Part shown: piece after piece, positions 49,401 through 58,152 of the stretch | Position numbering within the stretch: the first letter of the stretch is position 1 | Layout: every line of letters begins with the position of its first letter | Source: an uncultured delta proteobacterium | GTDB taxonomy: Bacteria > Myxococcota > Kuafuiibacteriia > Kuafuiibacteriales > Kuafuiibacteriaceae | DNA: 64,000 nucleotides | Direction: 5' to 3' | NCBI GenBank assembly: GCA_963803435.1 | Contig: CAWDML010000009.1 | Coordinates: forward strand, 1,408,001 to 1,472,000 | The notes under the pieces: generated by a model | The model's input: the letters and a program-made list of their open reading frames with translations, nothing else | What the model was told of the DNA's origin: nothing | Database searches by the model: none | Made by a program: the position numbers and the translations under genes

Positions 49401-50059
49401 CCCGGAAGAGCGCCGTCGAGAGCGCCGAGGAGCTCCTCGCCAAGGCGGAGAGCGACGAGGATCCGTGGCTGCTCTCGTACGCCGACCTGGTCACGAACCT
49501 GCTGGCGTTCATGATGGTCTTGGTGTCGATGGCCGGGATCTCCTTCGAGAGCATGGAGGCGATCGAGGGCGTGTTCACGAACCTCGACGCTCGCAAGCCT
49601 CCGCCGCTGATGAAGCTCTCCGAGGAGATCAAGCAGCTGGCCGCAGCCGAAGGCCTGGGCGGGAAGGTGGAGGCGGCGATCGATCGCGAGGGCCTCGCGA
49701 TCCAGCTCCAGGATCGCATCCTGTTCCCCTCCGGCGTGGCCACGCTCTCGGCGCCGGGTCAGGATCTGGTGAAGAAGCTGGCCAATCTCCTGAATAGACT
49801 GCCGGAGCGCTACAAGGTCGACGTCGAGGGCCACACCGACGATGTGCCGATCTCGACCCCGCGCTTCAAGAGCAACTGGGACCTGGCGGCGGCCCGCGCG
49901 CTGACGGTCCGCGAGAGCCTCGAGAACGACGGTGTGCCGGACGACCGCCTCTCGATCACCGCGTACGCCGACACGCGCCCGGCCAAGGCGCCGCCGGACG
50001 AGAGCCTCGAGGATCGGCGCCGGCGCAACCGGAGGGTGGTGATTCGTGTCTACTACTGA
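49397..50059 (+). CDS. motB: MotB/PomB-type stator subunit with OmpA-like peptidoglycan-binding domain
   Basis: WLLSYADLVTNLLAF with the conserved Asp; VEGHTD, SNWDLAAARA, NRRVVI. Confidence 0.92.
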   Translation: MTRKSAVESAEELLAKAESDEDPWLLSYADLVTNLLAFMMVLVSMAGISFESMEAIEGVFTNLDARKPPPLMKLSEEIKQLAAAEGLGGKVEAAIDREGLAIQLQDRILFPSGVATLSAPGQDLVKKLANLLNRLPERYKVDVEGHTDDVPISTPRFKSNWDLAAARALTVRESLENDGVPDDRLSITAYADTRPAKAPPDESLEDRRRRNRRVVIRVYY

Positions 50060-51743
50060 GCTCGCCCTCACCGCGCTCCTCGCGCTCTCGGCCCAGGCCG
50101 AGAAGGCGCCCCCGTCGATCGACGATCTCCGCACCGAGACCCGCGGCCTGCTGCAGTCGATGTGCGGCGACCAGTGCGACGTCATCGACGTCAAGGTCCG
50201 CCAGAAGCGCGTCGCACCGCCGGGGAGCGGCGCGCCCGGCTTCGACGACGCTCCTACCGCCAAGCTGGTACCTTCGGACGTGGAGCTGACGCTCCTGTTC
50301 GATCAGAAGCTCACCAAGCCTTATCGCGACTTCGTCGCCGACCGGGTCAAGCAGCGCGTCTCCGAGCTGGGCCTGCCGGTGTTGATCCAGCAGCAGGTCC
50401 GAAGCTTCCCGGCGCCGCCGCCGCCGCCGATCGAGCCCCCGCCGCCCTATCCGCAGATGCCACCGCCGCCGCCGCCGGTGATCGTGCAGCCCCCGCCGCC
50501 GCCGGTCGCCGCCACGCCGCAGCCCAAGACGGATCTGGCGGAGGCGCTGCTGCTCCGCATGATCGAGGCGCTGCCCTTGCTCCTCCTCTTCGCGCTGCTC
50601 GCCTGGATGGTGATGCGCGTGATGAAGCGGATGGAGACGCTGGCGATGGGGGGCCGGGCGCCCCTCGACGACGAGGAGGTGATCACGCCCGAGGTGATCG
50701 AGGAGTCGCGCCCGCCCGAGACGCGCGGCCTGACAATCCCGCCGCCCCGGGTCGACGAGCTGTCCCACGACCTCGGGCGACACCGCGGCAGCACGCGGCG
50801 CGTCTTCCGCCGGCTCCTGATGGCCGGGGACTACGACTCGGTGGCCCGCTCGGTGGCGCTGCTCGGCGACTTCGTGGTGCAGGACCTCAGCCACGATCCT
50901 CAGGTGCGGCGCGCGCTGGGCGCCGCGGGGCAGCGGACCGCCGAGATCCTCCGGAGCCCGATCACCGAGGAGGAGAAGGAGGAGCTGCTCCGGATCGTGC
51001 ACGCGGAGCTGGTCGCGGATCGCGTCGCCCACCGGAGCGACGACGTGCGCGACGAGCTGGAGGCGCTCCTGTCCTGGGGCCCCGAGGCGTTCGCGGCGAT
51101 GATGGCCCGCCTCGATCCCCGGCTCGGCGTGGTGCTGCTCCGCCACGCGCCCGCCCACCTGACCGAGAGCTACCTGAAGGGCCTCTCGCCGAAGGTTCGG
51201 GCGGTCCGGGTCCGCGAGATGCTGGAGGCGCCCGCCGCCGAGCCCGAGGAGATCGACGTGCTCGGCGAGGTGCTCGACAGCCAGGCCCAGGCCGCGCTGG
51301 TGGGCGGTTATGAGGCAGATCACATCGTCGATCTCCTCGACTCGCTCCCGGCGGACGAGCAGGACGCGCTGGTGACGAACCTGGAGAGCACCAAGCCCGA
51401 GTACGTGCGGCGGAACCTGGGCCAGCTCCCCGTCGAGTCGTCGCTCCTGCGGGTACCCGAATACGCCCTGGGCGCCGCCTGGGTGACGGTGCCCGTGGAG
51501 GACTGGATCGCCTACCTGCGGGTCGCGCCCGAGGCGATCCGGAGCCGCACGCTCGCCGCGTGTCCGGCCCGCCTGCGGGACGGCGTGGAGTCGGAGCTCT
51601 CGCTCCGCGTGGCCGCAGATCCGGACCGGGCGGCCCGAGCCCGCCGCCGGATCATCCAGGCGGCCCTCCAGGCAGGGCCCGCCGGCGTGGTACAAGAGAG
51701 AATCCAGGTCCCGGCGAAGAGCTCGGCTCGTAAGGAAGACTAG
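50046..51743 (+). CDS. Membrane-anchored FliG-like rotor protein (signal peptide, FliF RBM-like periplasmic domain, poly-Pro, TM, FliG-M and FliG-C-like domains)
   Basis: By-eye match to FliG-M (GPEAFAAMMARLDPRLGVVLLRHAP...LSPKVR) and FliG-C (GG...VDLLDSLPADEQDALVTNLESTKPE...CPARLRDGVESEL...ARRRII). Confidence 0.7.
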   Translation: MSTTELALTALLALSAQAEKAPPSIDDLRTETRGLLQSMCGDQCDVIDVKVRQKRVAPPGSGAPGFDDAPTAKLVPSDVELTLLFDQKLTKPYRDFVADRVKQRVSELGLPVLIQQQVRSFPAPPPPPIEPPPPYPQMPPPPPPVIVQPPPPPVAATPQPKTDLAEALLLRMIEALPLLLLFALLAWMVMRVMKRMETLAMGGRAPLDDEEVITPEVIEESRPPETRGLTIPPPRVDELSHDLGRHRGSTRRVFRRLLMAGDYDSVARSVALLGDFVVQDLSHDPQVRRALGAAGQRTAEILRSPITEEEKEELLRIVHAELVADRVAHRSDDVRDELEALLSWGPEAFAAMMARLDPRLGVVLLRHAPAHLTESYLKGLSPKVRAVRVREMLEAPAAEPEEIDVLGEVLDSQAQAALVGGYEADHIVDLLDSLPADEQDALVTNLESTKPEYVRRNLGQLPVESSLLRVPEYALGAAWVTVPVEDWIAYLRVAPEAIRSRTLAACPARLRDGVESELSLRVAADPDRAARARRRIIQAALQAGPAGVVQERIQVPAKSSARKED

Positions 51744-52799
51744 ATGAAGTGGTGGTGGATCGGAGGGCTGTGTCTGCTGGCCGCGGGTTGCGTGATCATC
51801 ATCCAGCCCGGCAGCGACACGCCGACGCCGGTCCCGCTGCCGCTCCAGTGCAGCCCGGGGCTCGGCGACGGCGAGGTCCCCACGGTCCACATCTTCTTCG
51901 CGACGCGGGTGGAGCGGAGCACCGTCAACCTGGCCGACCGCTACGGAGAGGTCATGCAGGACGTCGGGCTGGGGCTGGCCGCCCTCGGCGCCAACGTCGA
52001 GACCGGGGTCCTGATCCGCGAGGACGAGCGCCGGGTGGCGCAGCCGATCCTGGCGGCGTGGGGCTGCGCCCTCGACTCGCCGGAGGCGCTCGCGCCTGCC
52101 GACGTGATCCGCTGGTACGCCACCGAGACCGACCTCGGCGAGGACGTCAACCTGGGTTGCGCGATCGATCCGCTGGTGACCGTGGGCGCCCACCTCGCGG
52201 ACGCCGTCACGCAGTATCCGACCGCGCTCCCCGGGACCTCCGGACGGTCAATCTTCGGGAGCGCGCCCGACCTGGTGCTGGTGGTCCACCTCGACGCCCT
52301 CGCCCGCAAGACCGGCTTCGAGGAGGCCGGCTGCGACACGGCGCGGGCGGCTCTGGAGGAGACCGGTGCGGACGGTCAGGCCGCCTGGCTCGACTACGCC
52401 GGCGGGATCTCGCAGGACAAGATCGTCCACTGGTTCTTCACCACCGAGGAGCAGGTGCCGCGCGACGCTTTCGTCGCCGCCTGCAAGCAGGTCGACGGCT
52501 TCCCGTCCTCGGTGCTCGACACGCTCGAGGAGTCGAAGAAGGCGCTCTACGGCCCGATGGGCAGCGCGGTGAACGACGCCGGCGGTGACGTGGCGCGGCT
52601 CTCCATGTGCCGCATGCTGGTCCAGGGCGAGGAGCGGGCCTTCCTCAAGGCCCAGCTCGCCGGCCTCGCGAAGAAGCTCGGCCTCAACTTCGACGAGCAG
52701 CGGCTCAAGGACGTCCTCAACGGCGGGCTCGGCGCGCTGCTCAACCCCCCCGGCGAGGCCGGAGGGCTTGCGCTCCCCGAGCCCCGATCCGGCGGTTGA
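51744..52799 (+). CDS. Lipoprotein, possibly degenerate vWA-like fold
   Basis: Lipobox LAAGC; alpha/beta pattern VHIFFA...VETGVL...LVLVVHLD; several Cys. Confidence 0.6.
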   Translation: MKWWWIGGLCLLAAGCVIIIQPGSDTPTPVPLPLQCSPGLGDGEVPTVHIFFATRVERSTVNLADRYGEVMQDVGLGLAALGANVETGVLIREDERRVAQPILAAWGCALDSPEALAPADVIRWYATETDLGEDVNLGCAIDPLVTVGAHLADAVTQYPTALPGTSGRSIFGSAPDLVLVVHLDALARKTGFEEAGCDTARAALEETGADGQAAWLDYAGGISQDKIVHWFFTTEEQVPRDAFVAACKQVDGFPSSVLDTLEESKKALYGPMGSAVNDAGGDVARLSMCRMLVQGEERAFLKAQLAGLAKKLGLNFDEQRLKDVLNGGLGALLNPPGEAGGLALPEPRSGG

Positions 52800-53359
52800 T
52801 GGCGCGGCGGCTCGTCCGTGGGGTCCGCCGGCCGCCCCGGCCCGCGCGCCCTGGCCGCGTCCTCGGGTGGCTCCTGCTCCTCCTGCCCCTGGGCTTCTGG
52901 CTCGGACGCACCACCGCCCCGCGCCCCGAACCCACGCCGGTCGCGTGTCCTCCGGAGCCGCCGGCGGGCGCCACCACCTCCACGAAGGGCCTGTGCCCTT
53001 GCCCCGCGCCGAAGACGCCGGCGAAGAAGCGGATCCGGGTGCTGCCGATCCCGAGGAAGGCGACGCCCCCCGAGATCACGCGCCCGTTCGAGCGGGACCC
53101 GACGGCCGCCACCGCGAAGTACCTTCGGACCCACGCCGCCGACCTCTCCGCGTGCGCGCCCCACACCGGGGCCCGCGTGCGCGTCCACCTCGAGGTCGAG
53201 GTCGCGCCGGGCGGGGCGATCCTGAAGGTGCACATCCTGAACCTCGAGCCGCTGCCGGGCGACCTGGCCTCGTGTGTCAATCGGACCGTGCGGGCGCTCT
53301 CTCCCCCCGGGTTCGACGGCTCCACCTCCGAGGTCTTCGCGCTGACGGTGGTGCTGTGA
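52799..53359 (+). CDS. Single-TM, Pro-rich protein with TonB-C/AgmX-PglI-like C-terminal domain
   Basis: ATG overlaps the upstream TGA; TM LGWLLLLLPLGFWLG; LSAC...VHLEVEVAPGGAI...LASCVNRTVRALSPP. Confidence 0.7.
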   Translation: MARRLVRGVRRPPRPARPGRVLGWLLLLLPLGFWLGRTTAPRPEPTPVACPPEPPAGATTSTKGLCPCPAPKTPAKKRIRVLPIPRKATPPEITRPFERDPTAATAKYLRTHAADLSACAPHTGARVRVHLEVEVAPGGAILKVHILNLEPLPGDLASCVNRTVRALSPPGFDGSTSEVFALTVVL

Positions 53360-53373
53360 GGTATGCTCGCGCC

Positions 53374-55023
53374 ATGCGGCGGGCCGTTGCGCTCACGCTC
53401 CTCTTCGCCGGCTGCGGTGGGGTCGTGTTCGTCGACCCCGACGCCGCGCTCAAGCGGAAGCTGCAGTTCGGGCTGGTCGAGCGCCTGATCGTCGCCGGTG
53501 ACCCGCGCGCGTACCTCCACGTCCGGATCGAGAGCCGCGACGCGATCGATCGGATCGAGCTGTCGGTGTCGAGCGTGGCCGGCGTGTTCTCGGTGCCGCT
53601 CGATCAGGCGAACGTGCAGCCGTGCGGGCGGGGCGAGACCTGCCTCTCGATCACGCTCGGTCCCGGTCTTCCCGAGGACGCTGACCAGATCGTGCTGAGC
53701 GTCCCCGACATCGGACACGTGGCCACCGGTGCCATCGTCGTTCGCCGGCTGGAGGCGCACGCGGTCTTCGCCGAGGCCAAGGCGCAGAACACGCAGGCCG
53801 CGGTCACCGTCGTGGATCCGATCCGCCGCTTCTACGCGGACACGGAGCTGGTGATCGACGTGGACGCCGACGGCAACGAGACCGTCCGCGGCAACGCGCT
53901 CCTCTTCCCGCGCGCGTTCGAGGTCCGGGCCCACGCGGGCGCGTGCAGCGGAGAGAGCGATCCCTCCGATCCGAGCTGGCAGGCCGTCGAGGGCAGCCCG
54001 TTCGACGCGAACCTGGTGCTGTCGTCGGGCGACGATCCGCTCGGCTGCGCGGAGCTGCGACCGACGCTGCCTCCTCACGGCCCGATGGTCGCCTTCACCA
54101 CCATCACGCCGCGCGCCCAGGTGGTCACGTTCCGCCACACGTACACGCCGCCGGTGGAGAGCTCACCGATGGTCTACGTCCCCTTCTTCGATCTCGAGCT
54201 TCCCAACGCCGAGCGCTGCGCCGAGGCCCAGAACCTGATCCGCTCCGCGGTCGACGAGGCCGCCACCCGGATCGCGCAGCGACAGGATGAGGGCGCGGAG
54301 ATCCTGGGGTTGCCGTCCGTGCAGATCGCCGAGCACGACGGCGTTCCCTGCCGTCAGACCAACAACCGCAGCTTCTCGGCCAGCGCGGTCGCCGACGACA
54401 TCCGCGCGGCGCTGCTCGAGGCCTTCGGTCCCACCCGCCGGGTCCGGGTGCTGCTGGTGTACGTGGCCAACCTGGAGATCGGCCTGTCCCCCACGCTCGA
54501 CTTCGACTTCCAGCAGCTGGTCGACGCCTTCCGAGGACCGGGCAGCGTCTATCAGACCTTCACGCTCGCCATCGCGCCCGAGAGCGCGGCCTCCACGCTC
54601 GAGGCGAACCGGCAGATCGCCTGGATCGCCACGGAGGAGCCGTCCTTCCGCGACACCATCACGAACGTGCTCTCCGAGATCTGGCCGTTCCGCACCTCGA
54701 TCCACACCTCACGGACCGTGGTACCGCTGTTGCCGGCCGATCAGATCGGGCGCTTCCCGTTCTACCGGATCTGCGCGTCGCAAGCGCATCAGGTGCGTGG
54801 AATCGGCACGCCGGCCTCCTCCGTCGACAACGGCGTGCTGATCGTCGGCCCCGACGGGCCCAGCTACCGCGTGCCCGCACTCTCCGCTCAGATCCTCGTG
54901 GAGCGGCAGTCCTTCGTCATCGAGAACGTGGTCGTGGAGTGGCAGGGATGCGAGCGACTGTGCGATCGTCCGGCTCCGGGCGGCGACCCGGCGATCCCGT
55001 GGCTCGACACGCCCGACTGCTGA
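53374..55023 (+). CDS. Hypothetical Cys-containing lipoprotein
   Basis: MRRAVALTLLFAGC lipobox; TGATG coupling to the next gene. Confidence 0.75.
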   Translation: MRRAVALTLLFAGCGGVVFVDPDAALKRKLQFGLVERLIVAGDPRAYLHVRIESRDAIDRIELSVSSVAGVFSVPLDQANVQPCGRGETCLSITLGPGLPEDADQIVLSVPDIGHVATGAIVVRRLEAHAVFAEAKAQNTQAAVTVVDPIRRFYADTELVIDVDADGNETVRGNALLFPRAFEVRAHAGACSGESDPSDPSWQAVEGSPFDANLVLSSGDDPLGCAELRPTLPPHGPMVAFTTITPRAQVVTFRHTYTPPVESSPMVYVPFFDLELPNAERCAEAQNLIRSAVDEAATRIAQRQDEGAEILGLPSVQIAEHDGVPCRQTNNRSFSASAVADDIRAALLEAFGPTRRVRVLLVYVANLEIGLSPTLDFDFQQLVDAFRGPGSVYQTFTLAIAPESAASTLEANRQIAWIATEEPSFRDTITNVLSEIWPFRTSIHTSRTVVPLLPADQIGRFPFYRICASQAHQVRGIGTPASSVDNGVLIVGPDGPSYRVPALSAQILVERQSFVIENVVVEWQGCERLCDRPAPGGDPAIPWLDTPDC

Positions 55024-55688
55024 TGCGCACCCTGCTCCTCGCTCTGCTGTGCCTCGCGCCGAGCGCCGCGCTCGCGGCCGAGAGCGAGGCCGACCCGGGC
55101 GTCCCCTGGGACATCACGGGCACCAGCACCACGCCGCTCGGCGGTGATGGTGCCACCGGACGCCTGGAGCTCCGCGTCTTCCAGAAGGAAGGGCACGTGA
55201 TCGTGCGGACCGGGTTCACGTATCTGGCGCGCGCCGACTTCTATACCAACCCCGGCGTCAGCCTCGACGTGGCCTGGTACCCCTGGGAGTTTCTCGACTT
55301 CGAGCTCAGCGGCAGCGCCTTCTTCTCTCGGCTCACCGGGACGGCCGAGGCGCTGCGCAAGACCACCGGCCTCCTCCCGGACAGCCAGAAGCCGATCGCC
55401 CGGGCGATGGGCGGCGCCCGCTTCGCGTTCGCCTACGGGAAGCTCTTGATCGAACAGCTCGAGACGGTGGTCCACGCCGACCTGGGCCTCTCGCTCCACC
55501 TGGGCGTGCTCATCACCGACCAGGCCGTGAACTTCGGCGGCGACGTCTCGCTGGGCGTGCAGGTGGTGGCGTTCGAGCGGCTCCTGGTCTGGCTCGAGGG
55601 CGGCTGGCTGGGGAGCTACGAGAACCGGAGCACCACGCGCTTCGCCTCGGGGCTCGAGACCTCGATCGGGATCGGGCTCCTCCTGTGA
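55023..55688 (+). CDS. Myxobacterial-type outer-membrane beta-barrel (GltA/GltB/GltH-like family)
   Basis: Signal peptide; RVFQKEGH...ADFY...AWYPWEFLDFEL...FAYGKL...HADL pattern. Confidence 0.7.
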   Translation: MRTLLLALLCLAPSAALAAESEADPGVPWDITGTSTTPLGGDGATGRLELRVFQKEGHVIVRTGFTYLARADFYTNPGVSLDVAWYPWEFLDFELSGSAFFSRLTGTAEALRKTTGLLPDSQKPIARAMGGARFAFAYGKLLIEQLETVVHADLGLSLHLGVLITDQAVNFGGDVSLGVQVVAFERLLVWLEGGWLGSYENRSTTRFASGLETSIGIGLLL

Positions 55689-57525
55689 TCACCGGCGGGA
55701 TGCTGGCGCTCCTGGTGGCGGTGCGCCCTTCGACCCCGACCCATCTCCCCTCGCTACGGGCGAGCTTCCTCGCCGGCGATCTCGGTCTCGCTCGAGCGCG
55801 GGCGTGCGATCCTGCGCGACGCCGGCGAGCCCACCGACGCCGGCGCGCTCGGCCTCCTCGGCGACCTCTCCCGCCTGGTGCGCTGCCTCCCGCTCGGCCC
55901 CATCCCGGCGGGCGAGTCGGCGCGCTACCTCGGGCTCCGGAGCCTGGTCCGGCTCGAGCGCGTCCGGCTGGAGGCGCTGTCGCGGGACGCGCTCTACCGG
56001 GGGACGGCGCTCGAGGATCTCCTCATGCGTCCCTCACTGTATCGGACCGCGGTGGCCGACCAGTCGGCCGCCCTGGTCCGCTGGCCCCTCGAGGCGGAGG
56101 TCTGGCCGGGCGAGATCGCCGACCCGCGCCCCGCGCCGCCGGCCTGCCCGAGGACCGCCGGCGAGCGCAAGGAGAGGGATCGGATCCACGAGAAGAACCG
56201 GGAGCTGCGGGCGAAGGCCGAGCGCGAGGCGGTCGCACAGTTGTTGAGGGCGTTGCCGTCCCTGCCCGACGTCGCCGCCGGCCGGATCGCCCTCGCCTAC
56301 CTGGCCGACGCCGACGCCGCCGGCCCGCGCTTCGTCATCCCGGCGGAGTGGGCCGGGACCCTCGAGCAGGCGGTCGCCCGCGCCCGTCCGCCCGAGCGGA
56401 GCGCCGCGCGGATCCTGCTCGCACGTTCGTTTGAAAAGAACGGAGAACGCGATCGCGCGATCGCCGCCTTCAACGAGCTGCTCACGGATCCCCTCCCGCA
56501 CGCCGGACGAGGAGAGCCGGGCCCGCGTCCGGCTGGCGTCGCTCCTCGAGCCCGACTGGGAGGCGGTGCTGGCGGCCGCCGCCGGAGCGGTGCGCCCGCT
56601 CGATCGGGCGGCGCTCGCCAACGCTCAGGCGCGCGCGCTCTTCGCGCTCGGGCGGCGCGAGGCGCTGATGACCTTCGGCCGGCGCTGGCTGCGCGAGCGC
56701 GAGGGGGCGGGGGCCGACGCCTTCGACCTCCGCACCGCCGACCTCCTGCTGCGGCTCGGGCTCCAGCTCCCGCCCGCCCAGGCGATGGCGTGGGTCGGTG
56801 AGATCACGCCCGCCGGCGAGAAGGAGCAGCGCGACGCGCTGGTGACGCTGGCCGAGCTGGCGGTCTCGGAGCGGCACCTCGACCTCGCGGTGGCGATTGA
56901 CGATCGGCTTCGGCTCGAGGCGGCCGCGGCGCGCGGGCGCATCGGACCGGGCTCGGCGAAGCTCCAGGCGCGCTGGCTCCGAGCCCGGGCGATCGTGGAG
57001 TACGAGCGGCACGACGTGGCGGCCTTCGCCGGCTTCGTCGACGACATCCTCTCGCTGGCGAAGGTCGAGGAGGACCGCCCGCTGGCCCGCTGGGCGCCGC
57101 ACCGCGAGGTTGCGGAGCTCTGCCAGGAGCTGATGGGCCGCCTCACCAACGACGCCCCGACGGATCCGGAGCGAAAGAAGTTCGCCGGGCTGCTCCTCGA
57201 GACCGTCTCCGGGCTCGCCAAGAAGCAAGGTCGCTACCGCGACGCTCTCACCCGCTACCTGGCGCCGCTGACCATCCTGGCCGGCGAGTACGCGGAGGGC
57301 CGAAACGCGGCGGCGCGCCGCACCAACGCCACCCGGCACGTCCGCCAGCTGGGCGAGGTGGTGATCCCGCGCCTCCCGCCTTGGGTGGACCCGCCCGACC
57401 ACCCCACGCCGGTGCCCCCGATTGACAGCTTCCTCGTGTACGAGCGCCCGGACGGCGCGCTTCAGGCCGGCGCCCCCTGGGCCGCGCTCTTCGAGGCACG
57501 CCGGCGCGCCGAGCAGAGGCCGTGA
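55685..57525 (+). CDS. Secreted helical/TPR-like protein, split by two +1 frameshifts (near 55785 and 56491)
   Basis: Three consecutive ORF pieces with matching codon bias; TPR-like LARSFEKNGERDRAIAAFNELL; GTGA overlaps at both ends. Confidence 0.6.
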
Positions 57526-58143
57526 AGACCCACCGCCGCCTCGGTGTCCGGCCCCGCTGCATCGCGTGCCGCATGCGCGCCGATCTCTGCCTCTGCGGCG
57601 AGATCGAGCCGCTCCCCGATTTGGAGCTCCGGGTGGTCGTCGTCATGCACGCGAAGGAGGCGAACCGTCCCACCAACACCGGCTTCCTGACGCGCGCGCT
57701 GCTCCCGGCGACCGAGATCCGCATCCGCGGACTCCCGGGCGACCGCATCGATTCTCTCGGACCTGGCGGGCGCCGCGGTGCTCTTCCCGCTCGACGATGC
57801 CGAGACGATCGAGCCGTCGACCGATCTGTCGACCCGCCTGATCGTCCCCGACGGGAGCTGGCATCAGGCCCGCAAGGTGGTCCGGCGCGAGCTGACCGGC
57901 TTTCGCACGCTGAAGCTTCCGGCGGGCCCGCCCGGAGAGCTTCGCATCCGCCACCACGTGGATCCGGCCGGCGTCAGTACCCTCGAGGCGATCGCCCGGG
58001 TCCTCGCGATCACCGGTCGTGGTGAGGCCGCCGCCGCGCTCATGCGGGTGTTCCGGATGATGGTGGCCCGCACGCTCTGGATCCGCGGCGACATCCCGGC
58101 GGATCAGGTGTACGGCGGCCTGCCGGAGGGCGCCGAGCCGTGA
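57522..58143 (+). CDS. DTW-domain protein (TapT-like tRNA aminocarboxypropyltransferase family); +1 frameshift near 57752
   Basis: CIACRM..LCLC, MHAKE..RPTNTG, VLFP, IVPDGSWHQA, VSTLEAIA. Confidence 0.85.
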
Positions 58144-58152
58144 GCCGCGCGC

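Noticed and set aside
48618-50059. Zorya (ZorAB) defence system or ExbBD/TolQR/AglRQS
   Set aside because: The A subunit is short, four-TM and lacks the long ZorA tail; no zorC/D/E-like genes; the B subunit has MotB-type TM and OmpA-like motifs rather than an ExbD/TolR domain.
46175-57525. Ordinary flagellar gene cluster
   Set aside because: No rod, hook, export, switch or flagellin genes, and the FliG-like protein has a signal peptide and TM.
57522-58143. DTW gene as a motor component
   Set aside because: It overlaps the last operon gene but belongs to a tRNA-modification family, so it is probably a passenger.
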